Part shown: positions 24,167-37,983 of the stretch, one piece after another
Layout: each line of letters opens with the position of its first letter
How positions within the stretch are numbered: position 1 is the stretch's first letter
Source of the DNA: Gnetum montanum
Lineage: Eukaryota; Plantae; Gnetophyta
Reading direction: 5' to 3'
DNA: 64,000 bases
Assembly: GCA_015680685.1 (NCBI GenBank)
Contig: MNCI01002109.1
Span: 4,370 to 68,369 of the forward strand
Position numbers and translations under genes: made by a program
Notes under the pieces: generated by a model
What the model was told of the DNA's origin: nothing
Databases searched by the model: none
Seen by the model: the letters and a program-made list of their open reading frames with translations, nothing else

Positions 24167-25037
24167 TGATGAGTCATGAATCTGTCAGCCTTGATGTTGG
24201 ATACTCAATATCGAAGCTCAGGAAGTGATGTTGGATATCTCGTATCATCTCCTCCATGCTAGCCTATAAATATAGCACTCGGATGCATAGTTTGAACAAC
24301 AATAGATGGAAGAAATATTTTTAGTTTCAATTTTTAGTTAGTTTCTTCGTAGATTATTTTTTAGTCCTTTTATTTTTCTAGTGCATGCTCGCAGTGTGAT
24401 ATTTGTAATTGTATAGCACCTTTTCTCGAGTGTGACATACTTGAACATGTTACATGACTCAAAATAAAGATCAAGATTACTTCCATCATTGTAGCATCCA
24501 CTTCAATTATTATTACTTTTAATTGTTAATTATTTATTGTTTCCTTTAGTTAACATTTTCATTTATTGCTATTTACTGTTCCTGTCATTAAGTGGAATGC
24601 ATAAGCCTTAGTCATGAGCACTTAAGTGTAAGTACTTGGTAATCTAGTAGTGTATCGTTTGGCACACCCAATGACATATGATTGGAAATCCTAGAAGTAG
24701 TCTCATGAAGTCCAAGGCATGTATGGATGATTAAGAGTGAATACTCATCACACATAGGCTAGTTTAGATTTTACTCTCCATTTTTCAGTAGCTTAATTAA
24801 TTTATCTCTTTGTCATCATTAGGAGTAGCATAGAATTAGACAACATCATATGCCTCACTTTGGACTAAACCATATGTGACAAAGCTACCACTAGTCCAAG
24901 TGGGAAGATAGCAAACTACGATCAAAGCATAATGATCTAGATATCACAACTAGTTTTATCCATAGAATTTGATTGGATCATGCGTGAACAGTTGGTGATT
25001 TGTATGGTTGACTATAGGGGTACCTTGTTGCTCATCA
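24167..25037 (+). repeat. 5' LTR (871 bp)
   Basis: tgatgagtcatg...ctcatca, matches 32479-33347. Confidence 0.95.
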
Positions 25038-25038
25038 T

Positions 25039-25056
25039 TGGCACCATTGTTGGAGA
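25039..25056 (+). promoter_or_regulatory. tRNA-Asp PBS (deaminated)
   Basis: tggcaccattgttggaga differs from TGGCGCCGTTGCCGGGGA only by C>T and G>A changes. Confidence 0.85.
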
Positions 25057-25139
25057 TGGTGCTATTCATCTAAATTAGTTATATTATACACAATCACTGT
25101 AAAGGTATTAATGATATATCTTTTAGAAAATTAACTCAC

Positions 25140-27590
25140 ACATACCATAAACTAAAAAAAATGTCTCTCTCACATAGAAGTGACAATGCACTATATAGCA
25201 AATGCATTCATTAGAGAAATAATGAGATATATGATGAAGAAAATTGGGGTGACCAACTTTATGTAGGGGTTTCTTATATTCATGATCACCCTAACAACAC
25301 TCAAAGACTACATTCACCTAAGATAGATAATCTTGGAGGAGATGGTGTAAGTCCTAAACTAGGAAAGGCCTTAAGGCCTAAGACCTCCTCAAAACCCAAA
25401 AATGATAAATCAAAGGACCCTAAAGAACACCATAGCAGCCATGGCAAACTTTTCAATTCCTCATCTTCCTCTTCCCCTTCAAAGTCTAGTTCTAATAAAG
25501 ATGAATGTAGGTATGGAGATAAGGCTCCACTAATGGGTCGAACTAAACGAATGAAGACAACATCAACATGATCAAACGAATAAAGATAGAAATTTTCCTC
25601 ACAACCTATTTGATGATGATGAACCCTTGTTGGCCACTAAGAGACTAATGCATATCACAAATGCTATTAAGATATCTCGTAAGCATCACAAAAAGAGTTG
25701 TCTACCTAGGCTTGATATGAATAATATTCTTAAATTTGTAGGAGGATATGATTCAAATTCGCAACATCATTTACAAGCCTTCCATAATGCCTATGCTTTC
25801 TACAACATTGAAAGTGGGTGGCAAAAGCTTAAACTCTTTTTCAGGACACTAATTGATAAAGTTGAAGTCTGGTATAGATCATTAAGACCAAATTCAATTA
25901 GATGATGGTCCACAATGCTGGAATTTTTCAATGAAAAATACCAAACCTATGTGAGGATGTCCAACCTGAGGAGACAGATCTAAGAGTGGAAGCAAGAACA
26001 ACATGAATGCTTGGACATGGCCTTAGATAGATATTATGCCTTACTGAATAGATGCCTAGACCATGGTTTCTTCAAGGAGAGGCAACTTTTCCACATCATA
26101 GATGGACTTCATAATGAAACAATGGAGATCCTTGGGATGTATGTCCTAGGGAAATTATACAAGCTTCAAGCCCATCAAATCTAAGAGCTAATCAAGCATG
26201 TGGTAAAAGAAGAAGGAGAGATATGCAAATAGGATAATGTCAAGAAATATCAATGGAACCCAACTCTTCAGCAGAAGGAGGTCCATATCTATGGTATGGA
26301 GAAAGAGATAGCTCTCAATAAGGTGGTTTTGCAATGAACATTATTGATACAAAAGTCTATTGATGAACTTAAAGCAAATTTTACTAGGATATCCAAATGG
26401 ATATATGAAAACATTACAACTCTCATTGGGATAGTCAAGGAGAGGATCATGCAAAATAAGCCAAGAAATCACAATAAACAAAGGATATAAAACCAAGAAA
26501 TAGCTAGAAACACTTTTTGGCAAACAGGAAAAATAGATAAAGAATGTGAGGCTATAAACTCAACCACAGATGAGGATAATGGATGTGACATTTGCATATA
26601 TGACCATCAGAAGGGCCATTGCCCAAATCTTGTTGCATATACAAGAGTATTGGGTAGGTGCCTTAAATCTAAAGTTTGTGTAAAAGCACATGCCTAAGAC
26701 ATTTTCTCTCCCATAAGATAACTATAGACAATCCCACAACCAATTGTACCATCCTAGCGGGACTTATCACTAGCAATAACACGATCATCAACCGTAGTGG
26801 CAACAACCAGAGTCGTGAAGGAGGCCATCAGCAAATCAACCCTATATGCCGAAACCACACAGATATTATGTTCAACACCTTGTTTCTCCAACTAGGTCTA
26901 CATCCTTTACTTTAAATCGTCACTACCACTCTCTTGAGTACCATCAACCCATGACATACCCTGAAGAATCACCACCTTGCACCTCTTACCATCCATCCTA
27001 CCCTCAATATTCTCATACTCCACCTCATTATATGCCATCGCCAACAACATAGGAAGGTTCAACACTACAATATTAACAAATGAATCTCACTTGTGCTGCA
27101 AATGTGCATAAACATGTTAACACCAATGGGTCTCAACTACAACGTAGGAAATGTCCTTTCTGGAGGAAAAGTTGTAAGCTGAAGCAAACCATGCATGGAT
27201 CCACCCCATCATCCAAACTAGCACAATGCCAATCTAGCATGCCACCTTCCTTTTCACAACTGACATTCTTTGATCATACACAAAGGTCACTATCCATCAT
27301 TACTCCAATCCCAAACCCAAATAATGAATCCAACAGTGTGGGGAAACAAACAAATCCATGCATACCATATCATGATCAAGGGTGCAATCATGGGCCAAAC
27401 ATCCATAACACTAACACACCTCATACCCTGACCCACCATACACATAACAATCAAGTCTATGATCAACGATTTTTCTACCTAGCCACCACACCACCAATAA
27501 ACACCCAATGCCTAGGGCATGAATAGTTACCATTATTTCATACATGCATGGATCCTGTTTATCCACTTATTAATCCTTGTCATGGCCAAA
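25140..27590 (+). pseudogene. gag: Decayed gag
   Basis: KFVGGYDSNSQHHLQAFH...KLKLFFRTLIDKVEVWYRSLRPNSIR, knuckle GCDICIYDHQKGHCP, P/H-rich tail. Confidence 0.85.
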
Positions 27591-27624
27591 TGTTTAGTCA
27601 TGGGGGTTTGAGCCGCACCCCCCC

Positions 27625-27660
27625 NNNNNNNNNNNNNNNNNNNNNNNNNNNNNNNNNNNN
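27625..27660. other. Assembly gap (36 N)
   Basis: Run of n after a poly-C tract. Confidence 0.99.
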
Positions 27661-29566
27661 AATTTATTGTCATTTTCCTATTTCTTGAAGCAATTCTTCC
27701 TATTTCTTCTAATTTTTTCTATTTGTTGTTTTCATTTTCCTTATTTTGTAATCTTGCTTGTGAATAAAAAAATTATGTAGCCCATTGAGGTGAGGTTTTC
27801 TCTATGTTGTCAAGTCATAAGGGACTGTTTATTCGAACATTAAGACCATGCCATCCATTCACTCATTCCATTAATAATAGGTTCTTACCCTAGTCATAAT
27901 GATATTCTTTTCCATCATCCAACCTAATAATAAATTTATAATCATTGTGTTTAGGTAGAAGAGTATAGAACCAAAGTGGAATGTGTACATGAAGGAGATT
28001 TGTGGATTCTCTTTGGCCACTTCTATATGTTCTATCATATTACTAAGGTTGTAATCATATACTTGTAAATCTAATGAAAAATGGAAGTAAGAGTAACCTA
28101 AAATGACACTGAATAAACTTTTGCAGGTCTCATTAGAAAGACATGTACCCATAACTAAAGGTTGGCAGCTTCTCATAATTTAAAAAAAAATGTGTGCCAT
28201 TATAAAGCTCCTTCCTTGGGAAAATCTCCAAGTGATGTTACTCCTCACAACTATGATAGTCTTATCATTGTCCCCCGACATAATGAAACAATGCAATGTC
28301 ACTGCAATGTGGTGTGGACTTGGTTTGAATCTTGGAAAGAAGGACTCATGATTATTTAACCATTAATAACACATAAGGTTTCATTGTGCCCATGGTAAGA
28401 CACCTCATGTCCTAATTTTTGCAATCCTTTCTATAGTCCATCTCATCTTGTTGTCCATGTGATCATAATTTGTGGTTTTGTGTCACATAGAGTTATTATC
28501 TCAAATTTGTGGTTTTGACATGTGTGTTTTGTTTCATAGGTATGCATTCCATTCAATCCCTTTAGTGCCTATGAACATTTTTAGGTGTGGTTACATGAGG
28601 GCATTAATGGTTGACACCTGCTTTGGGGAGGATCCACTTATGTAACTTTTGTGACTTGTACTTTCTTTGACACAACCACATCATTCTTAACCTTCCAAGT
28701 ACATAATTTTTAGATTTTGTCATTTCCCTTCTTATGTAACTTGATCCATCCACCACCTTGATTTCAATGTCCTTTTCCTTGCTCCTTCTAGTGCTTTTCA
28801 CATTGACAACTCCATCGTCAACCACTTTTGGTGCCTTCATCTGATTTCCTACTTACCCAGAATAATGGACCTACCTTCAAACCTTCCAACCAATCCCAAA
28901 GCTTTTTTTTCATACTTAATTTCCCCACTTACTATAGATTCATGGACCCTAATATCAACTACTTGATATCAGGTCAGACGTGACATTGGATACCCAATAT
29001 TGAATCACATAAAACCTATATATATGATCCCCGTAGTGCCCAAACTTCATTCTCATCATTTTCTGCTAGGGAAGTTGTTCAAATTTTCTCTCATGACTTA
29101 GAGCTCTACACAACCACTTTCCACTTGCAATATTTGGCTCTCTTCCATTCTGATTTCTGTGATGTTTAGACCTATCTAAACTCGAAGTGGGGGGTGCTGC
29201 TTCTTGCATGGAAAACTTGTTCCAATTGACGAAAATTTGCTATCACCCATAAGGTATTATAAGGATACAAGTGTTAAAAAATTTAGGTGTCATCATGAAT
29301 AATCAATCGTATTAATGCTAGAAACCTTAATTTTTCCATCCAAGGAACCACAACCATCATAACAAGCCATACATAAGAAAAAAGAAATTAAGTGTGTAAG
29401 GTTGTACAAGGAGATAAACACCCTTTGAGGTTTTCTCTTGAAACGTTTTCTAACTCTACAGTCATATGAACTAAGAACTTAATGAACTATGGTAACAAGT
29501 AAGGTATAAACTCATTAATGATAAAGAATACAACCTTAGTAACACTTGATCTTTACTTGATTGCAT

Positions 29567-32290
29567 ATGGCTCCAAAAAGAGGTGCACAGGGAGAACCTT
29601 CATAGAGAGCACCCAAACTTCCACAAGGTGGTAGGGGGCAGCAAGGTGAATTAGCAGAACATGAAGAGAAAGAAGCCAATCTTTTAGCATCCATCAAGAG
29701 GCCCCTACTATTGGATAGTTGGTCCAAGGAGAGGTCACAAAACCACCAACTCTCATGCAAGGACAACGTCTTACGTTGCCCCCTGATTACCTCATGGCTA
29801 TTCAAGAAAAGTCCACATTGACCATGGTCATTATGGAAATGAATTTTGGCTCATTTATGGAGTTTTCTCCAGAAGTGGTTTGGACACAACTTCAGGGGTC
29901 ACCCTTGTGGCCCATTCTTTTGGATAGTGGCAAATGGTACCTTGGCAAGACTTACCAATTCTAGCATAACAAAGACAAAGGCACCACTATAAACATCTCT
30001 GGAGTTAATGTCTCTTTTTTAGTTAAGTAAATTGTAGCAACCCTTAATTTTCCAAATGAAGGGGCTAAGGTAGCCCATCTGTCCACTAGATCTGACCCCA
30101 GCACCAGAAAATCATGGTTGAAACAAGCATATGACAAGGAAAACAAAACATATAATGAACTAACTCTAGAGAAGAGGACATACTTCAAGATTGGTACATA
30201 CCATCTCTTTTCAACTAAAGGCCTTAATAGGATTTCAACATATGCAACCAGGGGAAGTGCTATCTTAATGAGAAAACAGATGGCTAACCTTCCCCAATTT
30301 TACTTCACCAAAATTCAAAGGTAATTCAAGGAGAAAAAGGTGGGAAATCCAATGCTCCCATTCCCTTGTCTAATTTAGAGGCTATGCAAGCATGCTAGAA
30401 TCATAGGGTACACAAATGATATCCCTAGAAAGGCTCAAAATGCTTCCTTCGTAGAGTTTCTCAAAACTACTGCACTAAGGAAATATTTTGATGAAGAACA
30501 AAAACTGGAGAAGGAAGTAGAAACCAAAGCAGAAGTACAACATGAACTTGAATAACACCTAAAAACACAAGCTCCACACTGCTACCACCACAAGATTACA
30601 GATCCTCAATGAGCCATATATAGAAAATTGTTGAAGTTGTCAATTAGGGAAGCAGAGATGAGTCCAATCTTTTTGGAGTAATCAATGATGCCATGCAATT
30701 GACCATTTCAACCAATCCAACAAGGGGAGATATCTCATTACAATTAGGAGGAGGATCCCAATGGTCTAGGAAAATGACTAGAAATGCCACATCCTTCCAA
30801 GTGATGCTTGAAGCTAGAGAAGATGCCATAGTTATGGTAATGTAGCATCAGGATACGATAGGTGTAGTAGAGGTAATAACTGATCAAATTAAAGAATCAT
30901 TTAATGTACGTGTTGTGCCCCCTATGGATCTAATTGGGGCTAGAGATGCACAAATGCTGGCTAGAACTTCGATGACTCCTATGATGCATGAGGATGTATT
31001 AGATCGACTACTATAGATGGGGCAAGTGATGACTACTTTGTTTAACATCCCTATTGATGTCACTTCAACATAGTTAGATCTCATCGCCACTAAAGGAAAG
31101 CTAGTCATGGTTGAATTCAGGGCAAAACATGCAGAAGTAAAAATGCAAAGATTACAATAGGAGTTGGCCACCCTAAGAGTCAAATGATGAGATCTTGCCT
31201 ATTTTGTTGCACTTGATCAACTGAAACAATTCAGGAAAAAGTAGTTTGCCAAGTTGATTGAAGAAAATAGAGCCATCAAATAAGTAAAAGGGAAGGTAGT
31301 TTGGAATGCCTCAGCTACTGATGCACAATCTTATGCATATAAAAATGCATTCATTATTGTGCAAGAGGAAAATAAGTAGCTCGCCACTGAAAACTCAAGG
31401 TTGATCACAATTGAAAAGAAAAAGAATATTATTGACGAGAGTGTTCACTAGTTAAGAGAACAACTAGTGAGGGTCAACCAAGACATCAATAGATTGGCAA
31501 AAGAAAATAGAACCCTCTCAATGTAGAAGGTCTAAATTATTCAAAAAAAATGAGCAATTGAAATTAGTGTGTGACAGAATGAGGCTAAGAAGCATGAAAA
31601 ATTAAAGGAACACTTTCATGACTTGGGAGTCATGTATAAGCAAATAAATGAAAAAGAGATCTAGATGGCTAAAGCCCACATTAGATCCTTGTCAACAAAA
31701 AATCTTGAGTGGTAGCCAATTCTAGATAGCTATGCCTTGGTCCACCAAGCAGAAGTAAAGAATAAAGAATTGCGTATTGAAGATTTGAAAGAATACATGG
31801 CATTGGTTAACCTCAGATATGCCAACCTCACCATGTTAATAGTAGGTAGGCTTTTTAGTGAGCTAGAGAAGTAGGTAGCAACCACTAATGCATTATATGA
31901 GAAAGAGTTTGCGAATAGAAAAGATTCTTTGTAAAAGCTCCATATAGCAAACTCAGAATTGAAGGTGGTTAAAGCTAGCTACCATGGATAGAAGGATGTC
32001 ACCTCAGAGCTAGCTAGGAGATTAATAGATTATCAAGAATTAAGAGAGAAAGCTAGGGCCTTTGAGGAAGAACAACAACAATTTGTGGCCTAGTACATGA
32101 AGGCCAATCAAATGTTTCCACAACTACCATGTCCTTGGGACGTATCAGCACCAGCACACATCAATTTAGTAGTCTAGATGGTACATGATCCATGGATGGA
32201 AGAAGAAAGTTGTAGGCATTGCTTAATTGCTACAAATTTCATAAATGAAAGCAACCAATGGAGGAGCCACTACCTCCAAGCACCACATGA
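29567..32290 (+). pseudogene. Accessory (env-position) ORF: putative plant-transposon-protein domain plus long coiled coil
   Basis: MAPKRG start. MLPFPCLI.RLCKHARI resembles the LPFPSLITRLC motif of Athila-type accessory ORFs. E/K/Q-rich C-terminal half, no obvious transmembrane helix. Confidence 0.8.
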
Positions 32291-32478
32291 GCCTCCCAGT
32301 TTTTGTCTTGTAATATTGTGTTCCATTTTTATACTACACCACTACGACATGTAAGAGTCAATTGTTTTGTTTATTTTTTAAGTCGGTTAATAATTCCATA
32401 CCTTTGCAATATTTTGTATAGAACTTGTTCCTCATTTTTTTTAACTTGAGAAAAATTTTTCATGTAGTCGTTGAGGTA

Positions 32479-33347
32479 TGATGAGTCATGAATCTATCAG
32501 CCCTGATATCAAATATTCGATATCAGGGTATTCAATATATTAGAGCCCTGATATCAACTAGCAAGTAATGTTAGATATTTGATGTTGTCTCCTCCATGCA
32601 AGCCTATAAATACAACACTTGGGTACATGGTTTGAACAATAATAAATGGAAGAAATGTTTTTAGTTTTAGATTTTAGTTAGTTTCTTTGTAGATTATTTT
32701 TCAATCCTCTTATTTTCCTAGTGCATGCCTGTAGTGTGACATACTTAGACATGTTACATGACTTGAAATAAAGATCAAGATTACTTCCATCATTACAACA
32801 TCCACTTAGATTATTATTTCTTTTAATTATTAATTATTAATTATTTACTCTTTCCTTGAGTTAACATTTCCATTTATTTCTATTCACTATTCTTGTCATT
32901 AAGTGGAATGCGTATGCCTTAGTCACAAGCGCTTAAGTGTAAGTACTTGGTAATCTAGTAGTGTATCGTTTGGCACACCTAGTGACATATGCTTAGAAAT
33001 CCTAGAAGTAGTTTCATGAAGTCCAAGGCATGCATGGACGATTAAAAGAAAATACTCATCGCATGTAGGTTAGTTTAGATTTGACTCTCCATTGTTCAGT
33101 TACTTAATTAATTTATCTCTTTGTCATCATTAGGAGTAGCATAGAATTAGACAACATCAAATGCCTCACTTTGGACTAAACCATACATGACAAGGCTATC
33201 ACTAGTCCAAGTGGGAAGACAACAAACTATGATCAGAGTATAACAATCTAGATACCACAACTAGTCCCATGCATGGAATTCAACTGGATTGTGTGTGAAC
33301 ACATGTGATTCATATGGTTGAGCATAGGGATACCTCACCACTCATCA
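32479..33347 (+). repeat. 3' LTR (869 bp)
   Basis: Preceded by PPT-like agtcgttgaggta, matches the 5' LTR. Confidence 0.95.
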
Positions 33348-33352
33348 TAAGG

Positions 33353-34370
33353 TATTCTCTATGTGAGTTAGTTTATGATGAACTCCATACTTTACTAATC
33401 TAAGCAGAACTCAATACCCTTTATATTGCCAACACACTTGATTCCAATTTAAGCTTAGCTCAAAAAGAACAGTTAATAAATCTAAATCTCTTAGATAAAA
33501 ATAGATTAGTAGCTCACATGAGTAACGAAATTCTCAAAAAGTACTCCAAATATAAACATGAAGCCAAAATAAGACAAGTGTTTGTCAAGCCAGGTGATAG
33601 AGTTCTCTACGATAATCCTAGTCATGTCTCATAAAAGGCTAAGTTCCAAACCTTATGGGAGGGGTCCTACATCGTTCATGCTACATACCAATCTGATGCC
33701 ATGTAAATTTATCATCCAACAAGTTCACAAAAACTGATCCTTATCAATATTCAACAAGTAAAATCATAATGCAACTTTTCTTACTTTTTTAAGGACTCTA
33801 CCTTATTTACTAAGTAGTTTACCACCTGTTCAATCTTCTAATTATTCACTTCTCATGATAGTCATGGGGGTGCCAAGTTTGACACTTAGGCACTAATTCT
33901 TCTTACATTTTTCTACTTTTACTTTTTACTTTTTACTTTTATTATTAGTTTTTACATTCTTTCATAAATTTTTCATTCTTTTATACTTATTCTATTTCTA
34001 AATCATTTTTAATTCTTTAATATCTTTTAATTTCTTTCTACATTTTTCCATTGTTGTCATTTTTCTATAATTTTTCACTACCTTTCTTATACATAATTTT
34101 GATGATTTTTCCAATAAGGCAAAAAGGAATAAAACAATATGTAGTCTCAATAATGTGAATATTATCCTATGTTATCAAATCATTGAAGGACTAATTATAC
34201 ATGTAGTGAGACCATGGAAATAATGACATTATTATCACAATAAAACTAAAATAAACTTGTTATTATTATGCATGGATATAAAAGTAAAGAATCAAGGAAT
34301 GAAAAGGATGTAACATCAAGAGTATTTGTGGATTCTTTATGATTGCTACTATAAGTCTTATCTTTCTATT
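33353..34370 (+). mobile_element. Integrase C-terminus and start of the post-pol non-coding region of the older copy
   Basis: KFQTLWEGSYIV (GPY/F-type motif), collinear with 48435-49500. Confidence 0.85.
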
Positions 34371-34374
34371 AAGT

Positions 34375-35925
34375 CCTATTATGGCCCACTTGCAAGAATC
34401 TAGGGTATATGCACTCAATCTAAGCTTCATCAAAAAACATATGCCTAGAAGACTATCTTATCCTCAAGGTAATATTAGGCAAACCTTCCAGTCAACATAT
34501 TATCCAAGCAAAGCCTACCCTTAGCCATAAGAGTAAGATCAATAGCAATGGCAGCAACTGCAGACATGGGCAATACCACTGCCAAGGCAACAATATACAT
34601 ATAGGCAACTAGACCCTTATGGATACTATGTTTAGCATTTAATATCTTTAGGAAACACATTCGTTTAAACTTATTCTTCTTATTATGCACCAAAATATGA
34701 CAATCTTACTACTCCAAGGATGGATAAAAGTCCTCATGCATATTTGCTAATAGCTAGCCAATCAAATCTCCCTTCTAATCCATTACCACTAGGGCCACCA
34801 CCCATTATGCATGGGGAATTACCATCATAACCACAACATAGTAGAGCTACAAGGACAGTGAACATACAAGTAGATGATCCTACTAGTAACACTAAGGGCT
34901 AGACAAAGAAATGTCCTTTCCTTAAAACAAGTCTAGAAAATGTTGGTAGAGTTAGAACTTCAGCAAGACCAACTTCTTTTACATTGGATCCACCTACCAA
35001 CAACAAGCTTCCAACATCATTCAACAAAAACATGCAAACTATCATGCTGACAAAAATAGTCAAAAATTGGATTAAGCCAGGGCCACTTCCTAAGAAGAGA
35101 ATTGATTTACAAGTTCTTTTGATCTATTTACAAGTAGTTGGAAATCTATCATGCAAAGCTCTACTAGACTCAGGTTTTAGGATGAATTTGATCTCTTATG
35201 AAACATATCAAGCATGGAGCCTTCCACCATTAGAGGAGTGTAATATCATGTTGGAGCTTGTAGATCAATCTGTTGCCATTCCCTTGGAATAAATTAAGGA
35301 CACGGTGATCATTGTGAATAGGTGGTCTTATCTGGTAGACTTTCTAGTAATTAATGTGAAATATGTTGATAAGGAATTTCCAATTATCATGGGGAAAGCA
35401 TGGCTTTGCACAATTGATGCTAAGCTAAGTATGAGAGATCTATCTATTGAGATCTCTAAGGAAGATAAGCACGAAGCGATACACATGCAGTGAATCCCAT
35501 GCATTACTACTAAAGGAAAAGGATGCAGTCATGGACCAATCATTCAGAATGTCAACATTGTTATGATACCAATCCACAACAATAGTGAAAAACATGTGTG
35601 TGAAAAAGAAAGAGCAAGGTTTACCAAATCAAAAGATACCTTGTGATCAACAACTGAGAACCTTCAACCATCCAAAACATGCATTGAATAGTCTGACCCA
35701 TTTATTAATTTTCATTCTAAGAAAATGACTCCAACTGAAAACCTAAAAATAGAAATACTAAATCATAATCATATACCAATAGGAAAAGAAACTAAGAACT
35801 TAGATGGTCAAAACTCAACTGCCATGAAGATCACATGGGATAATAACAGAAAAGTTAAATCAATAAAGATGATAAGTGAACCACTTCTAGTGTATGATTT
35901 AGGAGACCTAGAAAGAATTTTTTGA
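34375..35925 (+). pseudogene. gag C-terminus plus aspartic protease, not followed by RT
   Basis: KALLDSGFRMNLI, VDFLVINV...FPIIMGKAWL. The ORF ends and the non-coding region follows. Confidence 0.85.
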
Positions 35926-37983
35926 ACACTTACCCATGAGTTAAGTTATGGGGAAGACACTATACCTTGATTTTAGAATTAATAAGTGCTTTTCCATTTC
36001 TTGTTTTACAATTATTTTAACTTTTCCTATTTCTTGATACAATTTTTCCCATTCTTTTATATCTTTCACATTCTTTGACATCTTCTTATTCTTTCACATT
36101 TTTAATTTTTTAAATTTTTTATATTCTTTAACATTTTTCATTCTTTGATTTTTTTGTTCTTAACACCTTTTTCATACTATTTTTTTCATACTTTATTTCT
36201 ATTTTCTTTGTGAAGGTGAAGATTTCTCTATGTTATCAAGTCATAAGGGACTAATTATTCAAATAGTGAGCCTACACCATCAATTTCATTAATAAGAGGT
36301 TCTTACCATGGCCATAATGATATTCTTTTCCATCATACAACTAAGAATAAACCTGTGATCATTATCCCTAGGTCAAAAAGTGAAGAACCATGTGAGAATG
36401 TAAAGGGTGTGATATCAAGGGGATTTGTGGATTCTTTTGGATTACTATTGTGAGTTCTATTATGTTGCTAAGGTTGTATTATATCCTTGTAGATCTAATA
36501 AAAAATGGAAGTACGAGTAAAATAGTGCTACCTTGAAAGGTTGACAAAAATAAAAATAAAAAGAGCATAGAATAAATTTCTAGGGATCCCACTAGAAAGA
36601 CATGTTACCCATGCCTGAAGGTAGGTGGCTTCCCAGATATCTAAAAAATAAAAAAAAAAGTACCATGAATAAAATCCTCCCTTGGATAATACACCAAATG
36701 ATGATACTCCTTGCAACTATGGTAATCTTATGATTGTAATTCCAAGAGATGAAATGATGTGATGTCACTAGCATGTGGTGTGGACTTGGTTTGAATCTTG
36801 GACAAAAAGGATAGTGATCACTTTAAACACTAATAAAACACAAGAATTTAGTATGCCTATGGTAAGCTACCTCACGTCCCAATTTTTGCAATCCCTTCTA
36901 AGTCCATCTCATCTGACTATAAGAATAGTCATAATTTGTGGTTTTGTGTAACATAGAGTTATTTTCCCAATTTGGTGGTACTAACATGTGTGTTTTGCTA
37001 AATAGGTATGTGTTACATTTAACTCCTTAAGTACCTAAGGACACATTTAGGCATGGTTATACAAGGCCATTAAGGGCTAGAGCCTACTTTGGGGAGGACC
37101 CACTTGTATATCTATTGTACCTTATACCTACTAAGTGATTCCACATCATCTTGAGCCTTTCCACATCAATAAAACTTTTCCATATCATTTAAACTATCCA
37201 TTCTGACAACATGGATTCATTACCCTTATTATGCATCTTATGAGCTTTCATAGCCTGAGATTCCTTCTTTACACACTATCCATGCTAGATTTTTGATGAA
37301 ATATGCATCATCTATCACCTAAGACCCTTTTAATATGCTCTAAACCTTTTAAACATTCAAAGAAAATCAATTTCCATCCTTAAAAATTCATGAAAAATGT
37401 AAATTTTTGGCCACTGATATCAAGTCTCACGAAAATTATAAAAAGGTAAATGCTTAGTGAATTTTTCATCATTCTTCCATTTGAGCGTAAGGAGATTTTT
37501 GCATTTTTCTTCTCTAATTTGAGCTCTGGCCTCCTATGCTTTCCCAAGCCATAACTCACATGTTACCACTCCAATTTTCGTGATTTTTAAAGCTATCTAA
37601 TCTCAGAGTTCTCATCTTAGTCATGGGGGCTTCTAGTAAGGAAAAATCTAAGCCATTTTTTCCAACATTGCTAACATCTAGAAGGTATTTTAAGGGTAAG
37701 GATGAAAGAAAACTTGAAATTTTTAATGAAAAATCAATCATATTAATGCTAGAACACTTAAATAATGTTCCTAAGGAACCATAACCATCATTACGAGTAA
37801 TGAATATGAATAGAATAGACAATTGTGAAGTGTTATAAGTAATGAGAAAACTTTTTGAGATTTTTCTAACTCTACAATCACAATAAACTAAGAAGTTAAT
37901 GTAACTAAGGGCATGAGTAAGGTATGGAATTACTAAGAATATATGAGAATACTTTAGTAAGTCTAAATCCTTGATGATTGTAG

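Larger units (their letters stand above)
24167..33347 (+). mobile_element. Complete non-autonomous Athila-like element (LTR-gag-accessory ORF-LTR, no pol seen), nested in an integrase gene
   Basis: Paired LTRs, PBS, PPT. Flanks tagga/taagg both derive from taggg, which is intact at the homologous integrase site near 48432. Integrase resumes after the 3' LTR. Confidence 0.92.

Noticed and set aside
29567-32290. True retroviral envelope glycoprotein
   Set aside because: No evident signal peptide, furin site or transmembrane anchor in my translation. Called an accessory ORF instead.
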